DNA of 64,000 bases from Octopus bimaculoides (Eukaryota). The position numbers and the translations under genes were made by a program. Positions 50,296-63,869 of this stretch are shown in pieces. The notes under the pieces are model-generated. The model saw only the letters and a program-made list of their open reading frames with translations. It did no database searches and was not told the origin of the DNA. The first letter of the stretch is position 1, and every line of letters begins with the position of its first letter. The stretch is from assembly GCF_001194135.2 (NCBI RefSeq), contig NC_068994.1:50647025-50711024 (forward strand), read 5' to 3'.

Positions 50296-50484
50296 GCACA
50301 ATCTGGAAGAGAAGGATATTATGCAACTGTTAGCTACGGGTGTCTACTACCTACTAAGCATTTCGCATGCTCAGTCAGATGCTTCCTGGCAAGTTCATAT
50401 CCAAACAAGCAGGACAGGTTTTGCATTGCAAAAACACAACCAGATGTTTACTTGGGTTAAACGCTACTTTCAACAGACACTTAC

Positions 50485-50519
50485 GGTTCTCAGCTAAGAA
50501 ATGAATTTCTCTCAGATTA
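50485..50519 (-). CDS. Candidate 35-nt exon (NLREIHFLAEN) of a minus-strand gene
   Basis: Acceptor gctttttttttcttttaAG, donor ACC|GTAAGT; one open frame. Confidence 0.35.
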
Positions 50520-51035
50520 CTTAAAAGAAAAAAAAGCTTTTTGTTTTACTTTGAATTATTAACAAAAGGATTTTGAAAAATTTCAGAATTTTTAAAGGTC
50601 ATATATGTACACATTGTTTTTCTTTTTTCTTTCTAGTAAGCCTTTGGCAAGTTGACTCTACATCATAGATTCAATTTCTGGCTTTGACAGCTATGTCTAT
50701 GAGTTTAATTTCAGTTTGCAACTATCTGGCTGCAATTTTTATTTCTTTTGTGCACCACCTTAAGCAAATGCTTTTTGCTGTAGCTTCAGGTTTTGAAATG
50801 CACTGTGAGTGAAATATGGCTGATAGTGACCATGTGGAATTTTGTGTGGGTTTGATATATATGTAGTAAATACAGGCGTGGACTTGAGGTTATGAAATTT
50901 GCTGTGCAACCGTGTGGTTTTGTGTTTGGCCTCCTTGCATGGCACCTTCAGCAAATGTCTTCAACTATGGTCATGGACCAACCAGTGCTTTGTGAGCATA
51001 GTTGACTTGTTGGACAGAAGCTGTACAACAACCCT

Positions 51036-51066
<31 letters not shown>

Positions 51067-51637
51067 AGTATGTTGATTCAGTTCACTTACTGCTTGTGCT
51101 GGCATCAGTTGTAAACATTTAATAACTGTCTGAGCAAAATATGATGATATTGTTTAGATTCTCCTGTAAACAAATGTCCCATAGTTGAATGGATATGTTT
51201 GGTTCCAGTGAAATGAAAATATCCTGCTTGTAATACCTGTTGGGAGGGGTGGCTTGCAACCGAAAAAGTACCTGCTTGAAATTTCACCTAGCCGATAAAA
51301 AAAAAAATGCAGCATGATGCAGTTGAGTCATTCATGTAACATAATTATTTTTTATATAAGCACAAGACCAGAACTGTCCGTTATATTGACCATGGTGCTT
51401 AACTTGTACTTTATTTTATCATTCCCAGAAGGATGAATAGTGAAGTGCATTACAGCAAGATTTAAGCACTCTAAATGAAAATATATCATTATATTAATGT
51501 CTACTCTCTGTTTTATAATTCCAACCATTTTACACTATGTTCTTCACATGATGTGTACCAACACTGCTTGACAAGATAAGGAGACACATTGAAGTAAAGT
51601 TTGGAAACCTTTGCATTAGAGAGAGAGAAAAAACTTT

Positions 51638-51830
51638 GTAGGGTATTGCTGTAGAGCTAAGCTAGAACTCATTAGTGATGCACTCCCATGGACACACTGA
51701 CATGGATATACACAGATCAGCCACCCAGCAAAGACCATTGTCAACCATCCTTGTACAGACACAGAATGTTGCCTTACTGACCTCCTGAATGGTGTGATCC
51801 TGTCAGGGCAACTCTGAGTTAACTCAACCA
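51638..51830 (+). mobile_element. Decayed RTE-X-like LINE C-terminal fragment
   Basis: VGYCCRAKLELISDALPWTH*HG..HPAKT..CTDTECCLTDL resembles the RTE-X tail GHCxRxxxELISDxLxWxPxHG..GRPxKT. Confidence 0.65.
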
Positions 51831-53146
51831 GATGCTGTAACTTACTTTTATTTTTGTTCTCTCTGTCTCTTGCTCTCTTTTTTTCTCCTCAATAAAAAAA
51901 GAAGGAAAAAATAAAGATATAAAGCATTAATGGTTATATGTGGTGTCCTCTTGCAGACAGTATAAGGGAGACAATCATTTCTTAATAATATTTGGTGGGA
52001 ATAGAAGTTTGAATTTGAAATATAATATTGCTTTGCTTGGATAAAATGTAACATTTTTTTGTTTTTATTTTCTGCCAAACATACTGCTATCAGCTCTCTC
52101 TTCTCCTTGGATTTCATTCATCTTCACATCACTTTATTGTCGTTCAGAATATAACTAAATACTTCAAAAACGGTTTTTTTGTATATGTCTTGGTTTTATT
52201 GGGAGGATTTTCTTTTTTTATTTAATTAATCAAAATTCCTTAACATATATGGTGTTGGCTCAAATACAAACAGAAAAAGAAGGAAGCAATCAATCTTAAT
52301 CTAATTTTTTTTTTAACCATCTTAAAAAAAAAAAATATCCTTGCTTCTTTCTTATTTTCACTCTAATGTTTATTTTCCAATATATATATTTTTTGTTTTA
52401 CCCCTTATATTTTATTTTATTTTTTCNNNNNNNNNNNNNNNNNNNNNNNNNNNNNNNNNNNNNNNNNNNNNNNNNNNNNNNNNNNNNNNNNNNNNNNNNN
52501 NNNNNNNNNNNNNNNNNNNNNNNNNNNNNNNNNNNNNNNNNNNNNNNNNNNNNNNNNNNNNNNNNNNNNNNNNNNNNNNNNNNNNNNNNNNNNCATGTAA
52601 GCTTTCATTTGGAAACCTTCCAAAATTCTGCTTAACACTTGTGGTGGTTTGAGTTCTATATCTTATTACTGCTGTCTGTGTTTGTCAGTTGGTATGTAGT
52701 CTTATTTAAAAAAAAAAAAATTTCCTTTATATTTTTTTTCATTCTTCTTTGGAGGAAGAAAAGGAATTAACTTTTTACACTTTGTGATTGACTAAGTTGG
52801 TCAAACACTACCTGAAGAATTATGAGTTTTCTGTCTTGTCTGCACTATGCATGCGCGCACACACACATACACACACTGTGGTTACATACATCATCATCAT
52901 CATCATCATCATTTATTTTAATATCTACTTTTCCATGTTTGCATGGGTTGAATGGAGTTTTGTTGAGGTAGAATTTTCCACAGATGGATGCCTTTCCTGT
53001 TAACCAACCCTCACCTATTCCCAAGTAAGGTAATATTTTCCCCACAACCAGATGTGTTTTCAGGAAAGATGAACAAAGGGCTCTGCTTGCAAAACAGTAA
53101 CATTTGTTTTTGCTGTTACATGATGTAAAGGCAAAGAGGCAGTAAT

Positions 53147-53177
<31 letters not shown>

Positions 53178-54066
53178 TATATATATATGTATATACCAAA
53201 TTCATTTACAAGCCATTAGTCAGCCCAGGGCTATAGTAGAAGACACTCATTCAAACACTTTCTTTCAATCTCCATTGTTATTGTCTTTATCACTGTCAAG
53301 TCAGTTTTATTTTCATTTTTATTGTCCGTTTTTCAGTCTTCATCTTCATTATCTACATCCTTCTTCTTCTACATTCCTATGAACCTCACATTACTTCGAT
53401 AATGAAAGCCATCATGGCCGTCTTTAAACCATTTCGATGTCACAACACAGATTGTACGTATGTACACGTATGTACGCAACCCCACTCCCTCAGCCCAAAA
53501 GATAAAATAACTAACAAATAAACAAGCAAATAACAGCACTGGCATTTTTGTATGCTAGTCTCACACGATATACATCCATCCATACATACAATAGTGTATG
53601 ATTTTCGTATAGAAATAAATATGAACAATATCTCACCAATATCAAATTTATATGTCTTCGTACTCTATCAATTCAATTACATTTATTTATTGTTTTTGCT
53701 TGTTGGTTTTTTTTTGTTTTTATTCCTTTCTTTTTCCTTCCAAGTCATTTTATTTTTTGCTGTTGTTGCAGCAAGCTTATATTTTTTTCATAAATATATA
53801 ATATATATATATTATTATTATTATTGTTGTTATTTTTCTGGAGTGGTTTGTCACAAAAGAATGAAGAGAAATCTGTTGAATTCGAGTCTTTTTTCTGTTT
53901 TCACTATTTAGTTTTATGTTTCCGGTTCTCTGTTAGAAATCATTTAAGTACTGATGTGTTACTTGCCAGAATTAGCAAAGATTCTTTTGGTTGATGTGTG
54001 TATGCTTGTGGTTTATAGTTTGATTGTCTACATTTATCCTCAATTCATGATAATTCTTCAATCAAT

Positions 54067-54107
<41 letters not shown>

Positions 54108-54619
54108 CACACATATATATGTGTTTGTCTGCGTGTAAGCTTTCAATGCACCATTCTTTTGAGAGGTGGTTAGAAACATTATTATCATTCTGATAACACC
54201 CTAACTGTGTTTTAATTTTAATGTCAAAATTTGGATGGTTGAGCTCTTTGAATTATAAGATTCTCTAATGGAAGGGATGTTAGTTTGAAAAACACGACAT
54301 TCCCAGTAATTTATGCTAATCTTTGCTTTGTAAAAATGTAGTTTTCATTTAGATGTTATCTTTGTTGCTTTCTGATGCAGGCTTAAGTGCGAGTGTGTAT
54401 GCGCACGTGCGCATTTTACCTTGTTCAGTCGTTTCGCCTGCATCCATGCTGGGACACCACCTTCTACAGTTTTCAGTCAAACAAATTGACTGTAGTACTT
54501 GATTTTTCTGTTTAGGCCTGGCTGTTATTCTGTCAGTCCCTTTCTGCCAAACCTCTAAGTTATGGAGATGTAAATAAACCGACACCGGTTGCCAAGCAGA
54601 GACAAACACAAAGGCACAA

Positions 54620-54661
<42 letters not shown>

Positions 54662-55362
54662 GCATGTACCCTTTACTCTTGTCTTATCAAATACATGAGG
54701 ACCTCTCTGTTGCTGGTACCATGACAGAATATACCCAATGTACACTTAAAAGTGGTTGATAATAGAAAGAGCATCCAGCTATTGAAAGCAAGCCAAATAT
54801 GAAACATGAGTGAGATATATACATATCAAGATCATCATCATTTAACATCCCTTTTCCATGCTGGCATGGGTTGGACGGCTTGACAGGAACTGGCAAGACC
54901 AGAGGCCAAACACTGGATTTCTCTTTTGGCTTAGTTTCTACAGCTGGATGCCCTTCCTTATGCCAACCGCTTTACAGAGTGCACAGGGTGCCTTTTACAT
55001 GGCACCATCACGAGTGTTTTTTATACAGTATACATATCAAGATACTTTCTGTATATACATGTGTATGTGTGTACATGCATGTATAATTAGACGTTTTTGT
55101 GCAGTGTACAGATATATGTATTGGTGTCAATATATAACTGTGTGAAGGGACTCATAGTTTTATATACCCTCATATGCTTGCCAGTATATACCTGTATAAA
55201 TATACACTTACAATTTTCTATACTTATACACATGTACATATATAGATATATATGTACAAGAGTAACATTTGTCCCATCCAGGACTGCCTCATTATGTTGG
55301 CAAATAGTCTTTACTTTAAAGTACTGTTACTGAATATCTCATTGAAAGATTTAGAAATAATT

Positions 55363-55396
<34 letters not shown>

Positions 55397-55689
55397 ATCT
55401 ACAAAATCCAATGTAGTAGAGACACATGCAATTGAATATATACATTTACCTATATGTGTACATATGCACACACACACACACACACACTTATATATTGTGT
55501 TTGATATTAAATATATATGACGATAGTGATGAGGCTGCTCGAATCTTTTGATATCTTTTGTAGAACAGCAATAGAGCTTTCAGTTTTCAGCCAGTCGTGA
55601 GGCTTCCTCCGATTGATGATGGTTCCATCCGTGGTTGTGTTGAGGAAAAACGGCAGCTTAAAAGAACTATTTTGGCTTCATGTCAATCA

Positions 55690-56007
55690 GCAGCATCATC
55701 AACATCATTATCGCCATCACCATCATCATCATCACCATCGTTGTTGTCATCACCATCAACAACAACATCACTGATATTGCTTCATCAGTACCACCACCAC
55801 CACCACCACCACCACCACATATATCACTTTCATTACTATCGTCATCGTCGTCGTCATTAGTTTCATTACCACCATTTTCATCATCACCATCGTTATCTCT
55901 GTTTCCACCTCCATCACCACCACCACCATCATCATCATCACCTATCATTACCATTACCATTCATCATTACGGCAATAACCACCATCATCAGTATCATAGC
56001 CATTACC

Positions 56008-56039
<32 letters not shown>

Positions 56040-56385
56040 CAACAGCAATAACAACAACATTATTGTCATTTTTGTCACTGATTTGTTACATCGTCCATTC
56101 AGGGCAACAGCTGTGTGTAGTAAGATGCGTGTGTGTGTGTGTGTGTGTGTATGAAAAGGTGTTATTGGCCAGAAAATGTATCTTTATTGTGAACTAACCA
56201 TCATTTTCTTCAAAACCACCACCACCACCACCACCATCGTTACCTTCTCATTCCATATATCAGTAACTCCATTGTCATCACCATCATTTTCCTGGTTTTC
56301 TTCAGCAACATCTTCAGTTCATCACTATCACTATCATCACCACCACTGTCAGCAGCAGCAGCGTTTGTTGTTGTTGTTGTTCTTG
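55690..56385. repeat. Mosaic trinucleotide tract (CAT/CAC/CAA/CAG)
   Basis: Direct reading; source of the poly-H/S/Q pseudo-ORFs. Confidence 0.9.
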
Positions 56386-56414
56386 TTTTCGGTTTAGTTC
56401 AGGTAGAGCATCAG

Positions 56415-56416
<2 letters not shown>

Positions 56417-56458
<42 letters not shown>

Positions 56459-56965
56459 GTATCTGGATGTATGTGTGTGTTTGAATATGTGTTGCATGCG
56501 CTTGTGTGTGTGTGTGTGTGTGTGTGTGTGCATGTGTATCTGGATGTATGTGTGTTGCATTCGCTCGTGTGTGTGTGTATGTGTGAGGATGTGTATTTGA
56601 GTATGTGTGTGTATGTATTTGCATGTTTGAATATGAGTGCGTGAGTATATATTTGTGTGTGTGTGTGTGTGTATGAGCATGTGTATTTATGCTTGTGTAT
56701 GTATGTGTGTGTGTGTGTTTGTGTGTGTGTTTGAATATGTGAGTGTATGCATTCAAGTATTTGTGCATGAGTATGCACTTGTGTGTATATATGTGCGTGT
56801 GTGTGTCTGAGGGTATGCATGTGTTTGAGTACATTAGTATTTATGCATGACTATACATTTGTGTGTGTGTGTGCATGTATGTATATGTGTATGTATATAA
56901 ATCTGAGTACTTGTATGTGTTTGAGTATGTGAACATGTATCTATGTACCTGTGCGAGTGAGTGTG
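56417..56965. repeat. Long degenerate (TG)n tract
   Basis: Direct reading; recurring sub-units such as gtgtatctggatgtatgtgtgt. Confidence 0.9.
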
Positions 56966-56969
56966 TGGG

Positions 56970-57097
56970 TTGGTGGTGGTGGTGGTGGTGGTGGTGGTGG
57001 TGGTGACGGTGGNNNNNNNNNNGGTGGTGGTGGTGGTGGTGGTGGTGGTGGTGGTGGTGACGGTGGTGGTGGTGGTGGTGACGGTGGTGGTGGTGGT
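56970..57097. repeat. (GGT)n with interspersed GAC, 10-N gap inside
   Basis: Direct reading. Confidence 0.95.
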
Positions 57098-57325
57098 GTT
57101 CTAAATGTGTCATAAGTCTTTTCCAATGTGAAACAATAAGGTTTCCTATACATTCTGATACAGAACGACTGAGACGTGTGGCTATGTCACTCTCTGGCTG
57201 AGTTTCTTTAATTCCCTGGAGTTTTCTAAAAGTTGTTCAAGTATTTGTCATTAGCTTCCTGGTAAATAAATACAATGAAATTCTAAGGTTTTCTGTCAGT
57301 GTTTGTATGAGTGCATACATCCAAA

Positions 57326-57365
<40 letters not shown>

Positions 57366-57516
57366 ACAGCACAAAGCTACAAAAGTGCTTATTACACCCT
57401 TGTGTCAAAAGTAAGTCTTTATATATTTGATAAATATATCATTTGTAAGGGAAACAGAATTATATATTCAAGCCAAGGCTTTCCTCAATCGGTCTTAAAG
57501 TCAACTGTTCATATCA

Positions 57517-57875
57517 TGAATGAATGAATGAATGAATTCCAATATTTTAAATCTGGGTTTGTCCCCGTTAATGGGGCTGGCCGGCTGGATCTATCTTACT
57601 CTTATAGCAGCCACTCTCACACCATCTCGCCTGGGTTTGGGCATCCTCCCTTCTCAAGCCAACCCTCCTAAATTCCTCCTCCACCTGTCCTCTCCGTGTT
57701 TTCTTTGGTCGACCTTGCTTTTGTGGTTCATTCACCTTAAACTCAAGCACTCTCCTCAGAACATGGTCCTCATCCCTCCTCAACACACGTCCATACCAGC
57801 GCACTCCATTCGCCCTTCACAGCTGTTCCACTGATTCCTCCAACATCCCCATCAAGTCCTCAGCCCTCCTTTTAT
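57517..57875 (-). mobile_element. RTE-clade LINE 3' end with (CATT)n tail
   Basis: Minus translation ANGVRWYGRVLRRDEDHVLRRVLEFKV...GRPKKT; tail repeat at 57517-57537. Confidence 0.85.
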
Positions 57876-58305
57876 CAATGAACTGAAAAATGATTAGATT
57901 TGTGTTGCGATGACTGAGACATTAAGCTTCTCAAGTCTTCCCTGTGCACTCTGCATGTTAATTGACCCAGGGCAAATGCAAGATCTGTCCAACCCTTGTC
58001 CGCATGGAAGGTGGACGTTAAATGATGATGATATGTATAGATATATATTTATATACATATGCACACACACATACACACCCACATATACACTCCTCAGTTT
58101 TTATTAGTTGAGTGGTTGGTGATAGGAAAGATGTTTTAAGATAAATAACGCAAAGACAAAAATACTTGCCCTGAGAATTCAACTAAGAATTCGCTCTATC
58201 TAAATTAGTAGAAGAATCCCACACATACAGTCAGGTAATAATAGAAATAAAAAAAAAGTCTTATTTCAAAGCAGAATACAAGGAATTTGTTTCACTCATT
58301 TATGT

Positions 58306-58306
58306 G

Positions 58307-58337
<31 letters not shown>

Positions 58338-58398
58338 CTGTATATATGTGTGTGTATATATGTGTATATATATACACACACACATATACGTACATATA

Positions 58399-58445
<47 letters not shown>

Positions 58446-58449
58446 ACAC

Positions 58450-58482
<33 letters not shown>

Positions 58483-58505
58483 CACACACATACACNNNNN
58501 NNNNN

Positions 58506-58564
<59 letters not shown>

Positions 58565-58597
58565 CATACACACGTACATGTATATATATATATACAC
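58306..58597. repeat. Alternating purine-pyrimidine mosaic (TA/TG/CA)
   Basis: Direct reading. Confidence 0.9.
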
Positions 58598-58999
58598 ACA
58601 CTCTCAGTTTTTATTGGTAATGTGAAAGATGTTTAAAGACAAAAAAGAAAAATGTCCATAAAAAGTAATATTAATCAGGACATTGTTCTGTCACAACTTC
58701 CAATTTAATTGTCATTCACTGAAGGAGATTTATATGAGGTTTTTTTTTTCCTTTACGCTAATGTTTTTTTCCCTTTTTTTATTCAATCATCTATCCTTCA
58801 TTTATCAGTTGGAATGTTTCTTTTTGTGTGATCTGTCATAAAATTTCGTTGCATCCTGAAAACAAAACTGCATCTGATCATAAAACAGCAACACCAACAG
58901 CAAAAAACAGAAACAAAACATATCTTTCACTGGAAAACAAAAAGAAAAAGAAGTAGGAAAATAGTAACCCTAATTATACTTCAAAAATAGTCAGTTTTA

Positions 59000-59030
<31 letters not shown>

Positions 59031-59938
59031 NNNNNNNNNNNNNNNNNNNNNNNNNNNNNNNNNNNNNNNNNNNNNNNNNNNNNNNNNNNNNNNNNNNNNN
59101 NNNNNNNNNNNNNNNNNNNNNNNNNNNNNNNNNNNNNNNNNNNNNNNNNNNNNNNNNNNNNNNNNNNNNNNNNNNNNNNNNNNNNNNNNNNNNNNNNNNN
59201 NNNNNNNNNNNNNNNNNNNNNNNNNNNNNNNNNNNNNNNNNNNNNNNNNNNNNNNNNNNNNNNNNNNNNNNNNNNNNNNNNNNNNNNNNNNNNNNNNNNN
59301 NNNNNNNNNNNNNNNNNNNNNNNNNNNNNNNNNNNNNNNNNNNNNNNNNNNNNNNNNNNNNNNNNNNNNNNNNNNNNNNNNNNNNNNNNNNNNNNNNNNN
59401 NNNNNNNNNNNNNNNNNNNNNNNNNNNNNNNNNNNNNNNNNNNNNNNNNNNNNNNNNNNNNNNNNNNNNNNNNNNNNNNNNNNNNNNNNNNNNNNNNNNN
59501 NNNNNNNNNNNNNNNNNNNNNNNNNNNNNNNNNNNNNNNNNNNNNNNNNNNNNNNNNNNNNNNNNNNNNNNNNNNNNNNNNNNNNNNNNNNNNNNNNNNN
59601 NNNNNNNNNNNNNNNNNNNNNNNNNNNNNNNNNNNNNNNNNNNNNNNNNNNNNNNNNNNNNNNNNNNNNNNNNNNNNNNNNNNNNNNNNNNNNNNNNNNN
59701 NNNNNNNNNNNNNNNNNNNNNNNNNNNNNNNNNNNNNNNNNNNNNNNNNNNNNNNNNNNNNNNNNNNNNNNNNNNNNNNNNNNNNNNNNNNNNNNNNNNN
59801 NNNNNNNNNNNNNNNNNNNNNNNNNNNNNNNNNNNNNNNNNNNNNNNNNNNNNNNNNNNNNNNNNNNNNNNNNNNNNNNNNNNNNNNNNNNNNNNNNNNN
59901 NNNNNNNNNNNNNNNNNNNNNNNNNNNNNNNNNNNNNN

Positions 59939-59970
<32 letters not shown>

Positions 59971-61070
59971 GTGTGTGTGTGTACTCTTGTCTTGATAAGG
60001 TTGTAAATGAGCATCACTGTCATACAAGCAATGTTTTTTCATTTTTAGTCTTTCTTGTGAAGCATGTCTAGCTGTGGGGAAATATGAGCTTGCTTGGAAA
60101 CAGATGAGGGTTAGTGACAGGAAGGGCAACCAGTCGTAGAAAACAGAAAATCTGTCTCAACAAATTCTGTCTGACTCGCACGAGCTTGGAAAAGCTGGCG
60201 CTCAATAATAATGATGATGATGATGATGCTGACGATATAATCTTGTCTTTACATTATCCTATCTGTTTGTCTATTTTTGTCTCTCTGTTTCCTTACTCTT
60301 TTCGATTTTCGTCTCTTCCATCCATCTGCCTATTTATTTCGTCTTCCTTCCATCTCCCTCTCTCTCTCTCCTTCTCTGAATTCATCCAACCAACCAACCA
60401 TCAATTAATCATCTGTGCAAGTAAAATTAATCTAATCTCAGACGTGTATTGTACAAATTTTTCCAAGATGCAAAATCTGACCCTAACAACTTAAAAACAG
60501 AGCCAGACCACCTACTCATCACTACACATTCTTACATCTCCTCTATTTCCAGAACACTCTTGCACATGATCCAAACTTGTCATTGCACGGCTGCAGTATA
60601 TGAATCTTACTGTGTATATCACTTGCATTGCATTATCTGCCTCACAAATAGTCTAATTGATCCTAAACACCACTAAAAGTTCACTGCAGCACAGCCTCAA
60701 TATTAAGTGCTTAACACCTTTTAACTTACAAACAATTGTCATTATTGTTTAGCCCTAGGCTGGCTTTAATCTAAGTGACCTATGATCAAAAGCATTTCTC
60801 TCTCTCTCTCTCTCTCTCATTATCCAATGAATCCTTCCTTCTAGCTGCTTGTAATAGCAGATTTTGTTGTTATTGCTTGCAATTTTTGAGCAACAGCATA
60901 GAGGCTCCTGATTTTTGGAAAATTCCTTTACCTAGCTGTGTATTTATTTATTTATTTTTCCTTCTAAATAGTAGTGCTCACTAATTTCTTTGCTTCTGTA
61001 AATAGTTATCTGCTTATTCTGCAATTAATTTATATCTGTTTCTTTTTTACCTGTCCTACACACAAACACA

Positions 61071-61073
<3 letters not shown>

Positions 61074-61157
<84 letters not shown>
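61074..61157. repeat. (CT)n microsatellite
   Basis: Direct reading. Confidence 0.95.
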
Positions 61158-61162
<5 letters not shown>

Positions 61163-61479
61163 ATGGAATGTGCCCTATATGGATCTGGAAAGACCACATT
61201 TCAAATGAGGATACAGCACACAATAATAGAGCATGCATATATTATGTTGATAGTAAGAAGCCCCATGGAAAGCTCCTTCTTTTCATCGGTCTAATGCAGT
61301 TGATGTATATGCATGCATGTGTGTATGTCAAAGGGACAACTTTATTTGCCCATCCCTTTCCTTTTCGTCATCCCGTTGTCTGACATTTTGTTACTATATG
61401 TGAAAGGATCCTGGTGACAATAATAGGAAAAAGATTATTATTATTATCATTATTATTATTATTATTATTATTGTTGTTA

Positions 61480-61708
61480 AGGTGGTGAGCTGGCAGAATC
61501 ATTTGTGTGCTGGACGGAATGCTTGGCACTATTTCATCCATCACTACATTCTGAGTTCAAATTCAACCAAGTTCAACTTTGCCTTTCATCTTTTCAGGAT
61601 CAATAAATTAAATACCAGTGAAACACTGGGGTCAATGCAACCAACTAATCCCATCCACCATTTCAGGCCTTATGCCTATAGTAGAAAGGATTATTATTAT
61701 TATTATCA

Positions 61709-61778
<70 letters not shown>

Positions 61779-61918
61779 CATCATTATTATTATTATCATT
61801 ATTATGGTGGTGGCGAGCTAGCAGAATCATTAGCTTGCCGGGCGAAATGTTTAGCATTATTTTACCTGTCGTGGCGTTCTGAATTCAAGTTCTGCCAAGG
61901 TCATCTTTGCTTTTCAGG
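61480..61918 (+). mobile_element. Two family C SINEs in tandem separated by an (ATT)n tail
   Basis: Copy 1 61480-61690, tail to ~61804, copy 2 61806-61918 cut by a gap. Confidence 0.8.
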
Positions 61919-62751
61919 NNNNNNNNNNNNNNNNNNNNNNNNNNNNNNNNNNNNNNNNNNNNNNNNNNNNNNNNNNNNNNNNNNNNNNNNNNNNNNNNNN
62001 NNNNNNNNNNNNNNNNNNNNNNNNNNNNNNNNNNNNNNNNNNNNNNNNNNNNNNNNNNNNNNNNNNNNNNNNNNNNNNNNNNNNNNNNNNNNNNNNNNNN
62101 NNNNNNNNNNNNNNNNNNNNNNNNNNNNNNNNNNNNNNNNNNNNNNNNNNNNNNNNNNNNNNNNNNNNNNNNNNNNNNNNNNNNNNNNNNNNNNNNNNNN
62201 NNNNNNNNNNNNNNNNNNNNNNNNNNNNNNNNNNNNNNNNNNNNNNNNNNNNNNNNNNNNNNNNNNNNNNNNNNNNNNNNNNNNNNNNNNNNNNNNNNNN
62301 NNNNNNNNNNNNNNNNNNNNNNNNNNNNNNNNNNNNNNNNNNNNNNNNNNNNNNNNNNNNNNNNNNNNNNNNNNNNNNNNNNNNNNNNNNNNNNNNNNNN
62401 NNNNNNNNNNNNNNNNNNNNNNNNNNNNNNNNNNNNNNNNNNNNNNNNNNNNNNNNNNNNNNNNNNNNNNNNNNNNNNNNNNNNNNNNNNNNNNNNNNNN
62501 NCGTCGTCGTCAACACCATTGCTGTTACTCAGATATTGCTATATCAGTTGTCTTCAAGTATTTCAACTTTAAATATGGAAAAGGTCAACTTATTGTGTGA
62601 ATTCTCTTCTCATGAAAATCAAATCGGAAAATTGGAATATCTTTCTTTGTAACACAGCTTTCATCTTTTCAAAGCCTCTTGGATAGCACCATCATTATTG
62701 TTGTTGTTGTTGTTGTTATTATTATTGTTAGTAGTAGTATCATCATCACCA

Positions 62752-62805
<54 letters not shown>

Positions 62806-63869
62806 GATATTATTATCAAAATATTCGTATTGATATTATTATTGTTTTTTATCCTTTTTCTTTCTTTCTTTCTTTTTTTTTTTAAACTCTCAGCATCTCT
62901 CCAAAGTAACTTTGGAATTTTATGTAATTCAAAAGAAATTGCAGATGTGATAACCTTCAAGGAGGATGGTGACAATGATGATGATCATCATGATGATATC
63001 GGTGGTGGTGGTGGTGGTGGTGGTTTTAGGGATAGGGCCAATGGTATAAAAGATACTATTGTGTCAGCAAAAGTTGATGCAGTTCTCACTTTACTCTTCT
63101 CCCCCCTCACACACACACACCCTTCTTGTACACCCAGGTTTAGGAGAAGAAGAAGAAGAAAGAGATTTTAATAATGGATAGAACTGAAGCAGTTTTCAGT
63201 TGCCTACATTCATTTCATTCAGTATGTGTGCATGGAGATGTGATCAAGTGGTTAAGAGGTTGTCTTTGGAATCACAAGGTTGTGTGTTCAATCCTACTAC
63301 GTGACATTTTTGGGTTTTTGTCTTTCATCATACTCTAAAGTCGATCTAAGCTTTTTTGAGTGATATTTTTCTTTTAAAACCTAGTATACATTTTTAACAT
63401 TTTATAGAAGCACCTAGAAATTTGATAAAAGCTATGATTATTGTATGTGTGCCATATTTCCTGATGTTACCCATGGTGGCAAAAATATACTTCCAAAGTT
63501 ACCTTTCACATGAGAGATAACACAATAGTAACTGATATGAGAGAGTATCTGTAAGTTGTAATACAATTTTAACAATTTGAAAGACTGTTTGTTGTTTTCA
63601 TTTTGAATGCAAAAAAGCAGTCAAGTGTTGGAAACAGTGGAGAAACCTTTTCAGTATTTAATTCTGTCTGCCTAAATCTGTGAGTTAAAAGCTTAGCTTT
63701 TCATCCTCTCTCTTGGGTCAGTGAAAACATAGTATCATTTCATTACACTATATGCTATATACCTCTCTCTCGTTTCCGAATACATCTTTGTGACATGGTG
63801 AAAAATAGTGGTTGTTTATTTATTTATCCTATTTATAAACAATAAATATATGTGTATCTTCAAATAATA

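Noticed and set aside
58088-58650. Short similarity between 58088-58140 and 58601-58640
   Set aside because: Only ~40 diverged bases next to microsatellite tracts; too weak to interpret.
61170-61200. ALYGSGKT matching the Walker A pattern
   Set aside because: Short pattern with many false positives; no splice acceptor; another frame reads WKDHISNE, suggesting a decayed RTE fragment.
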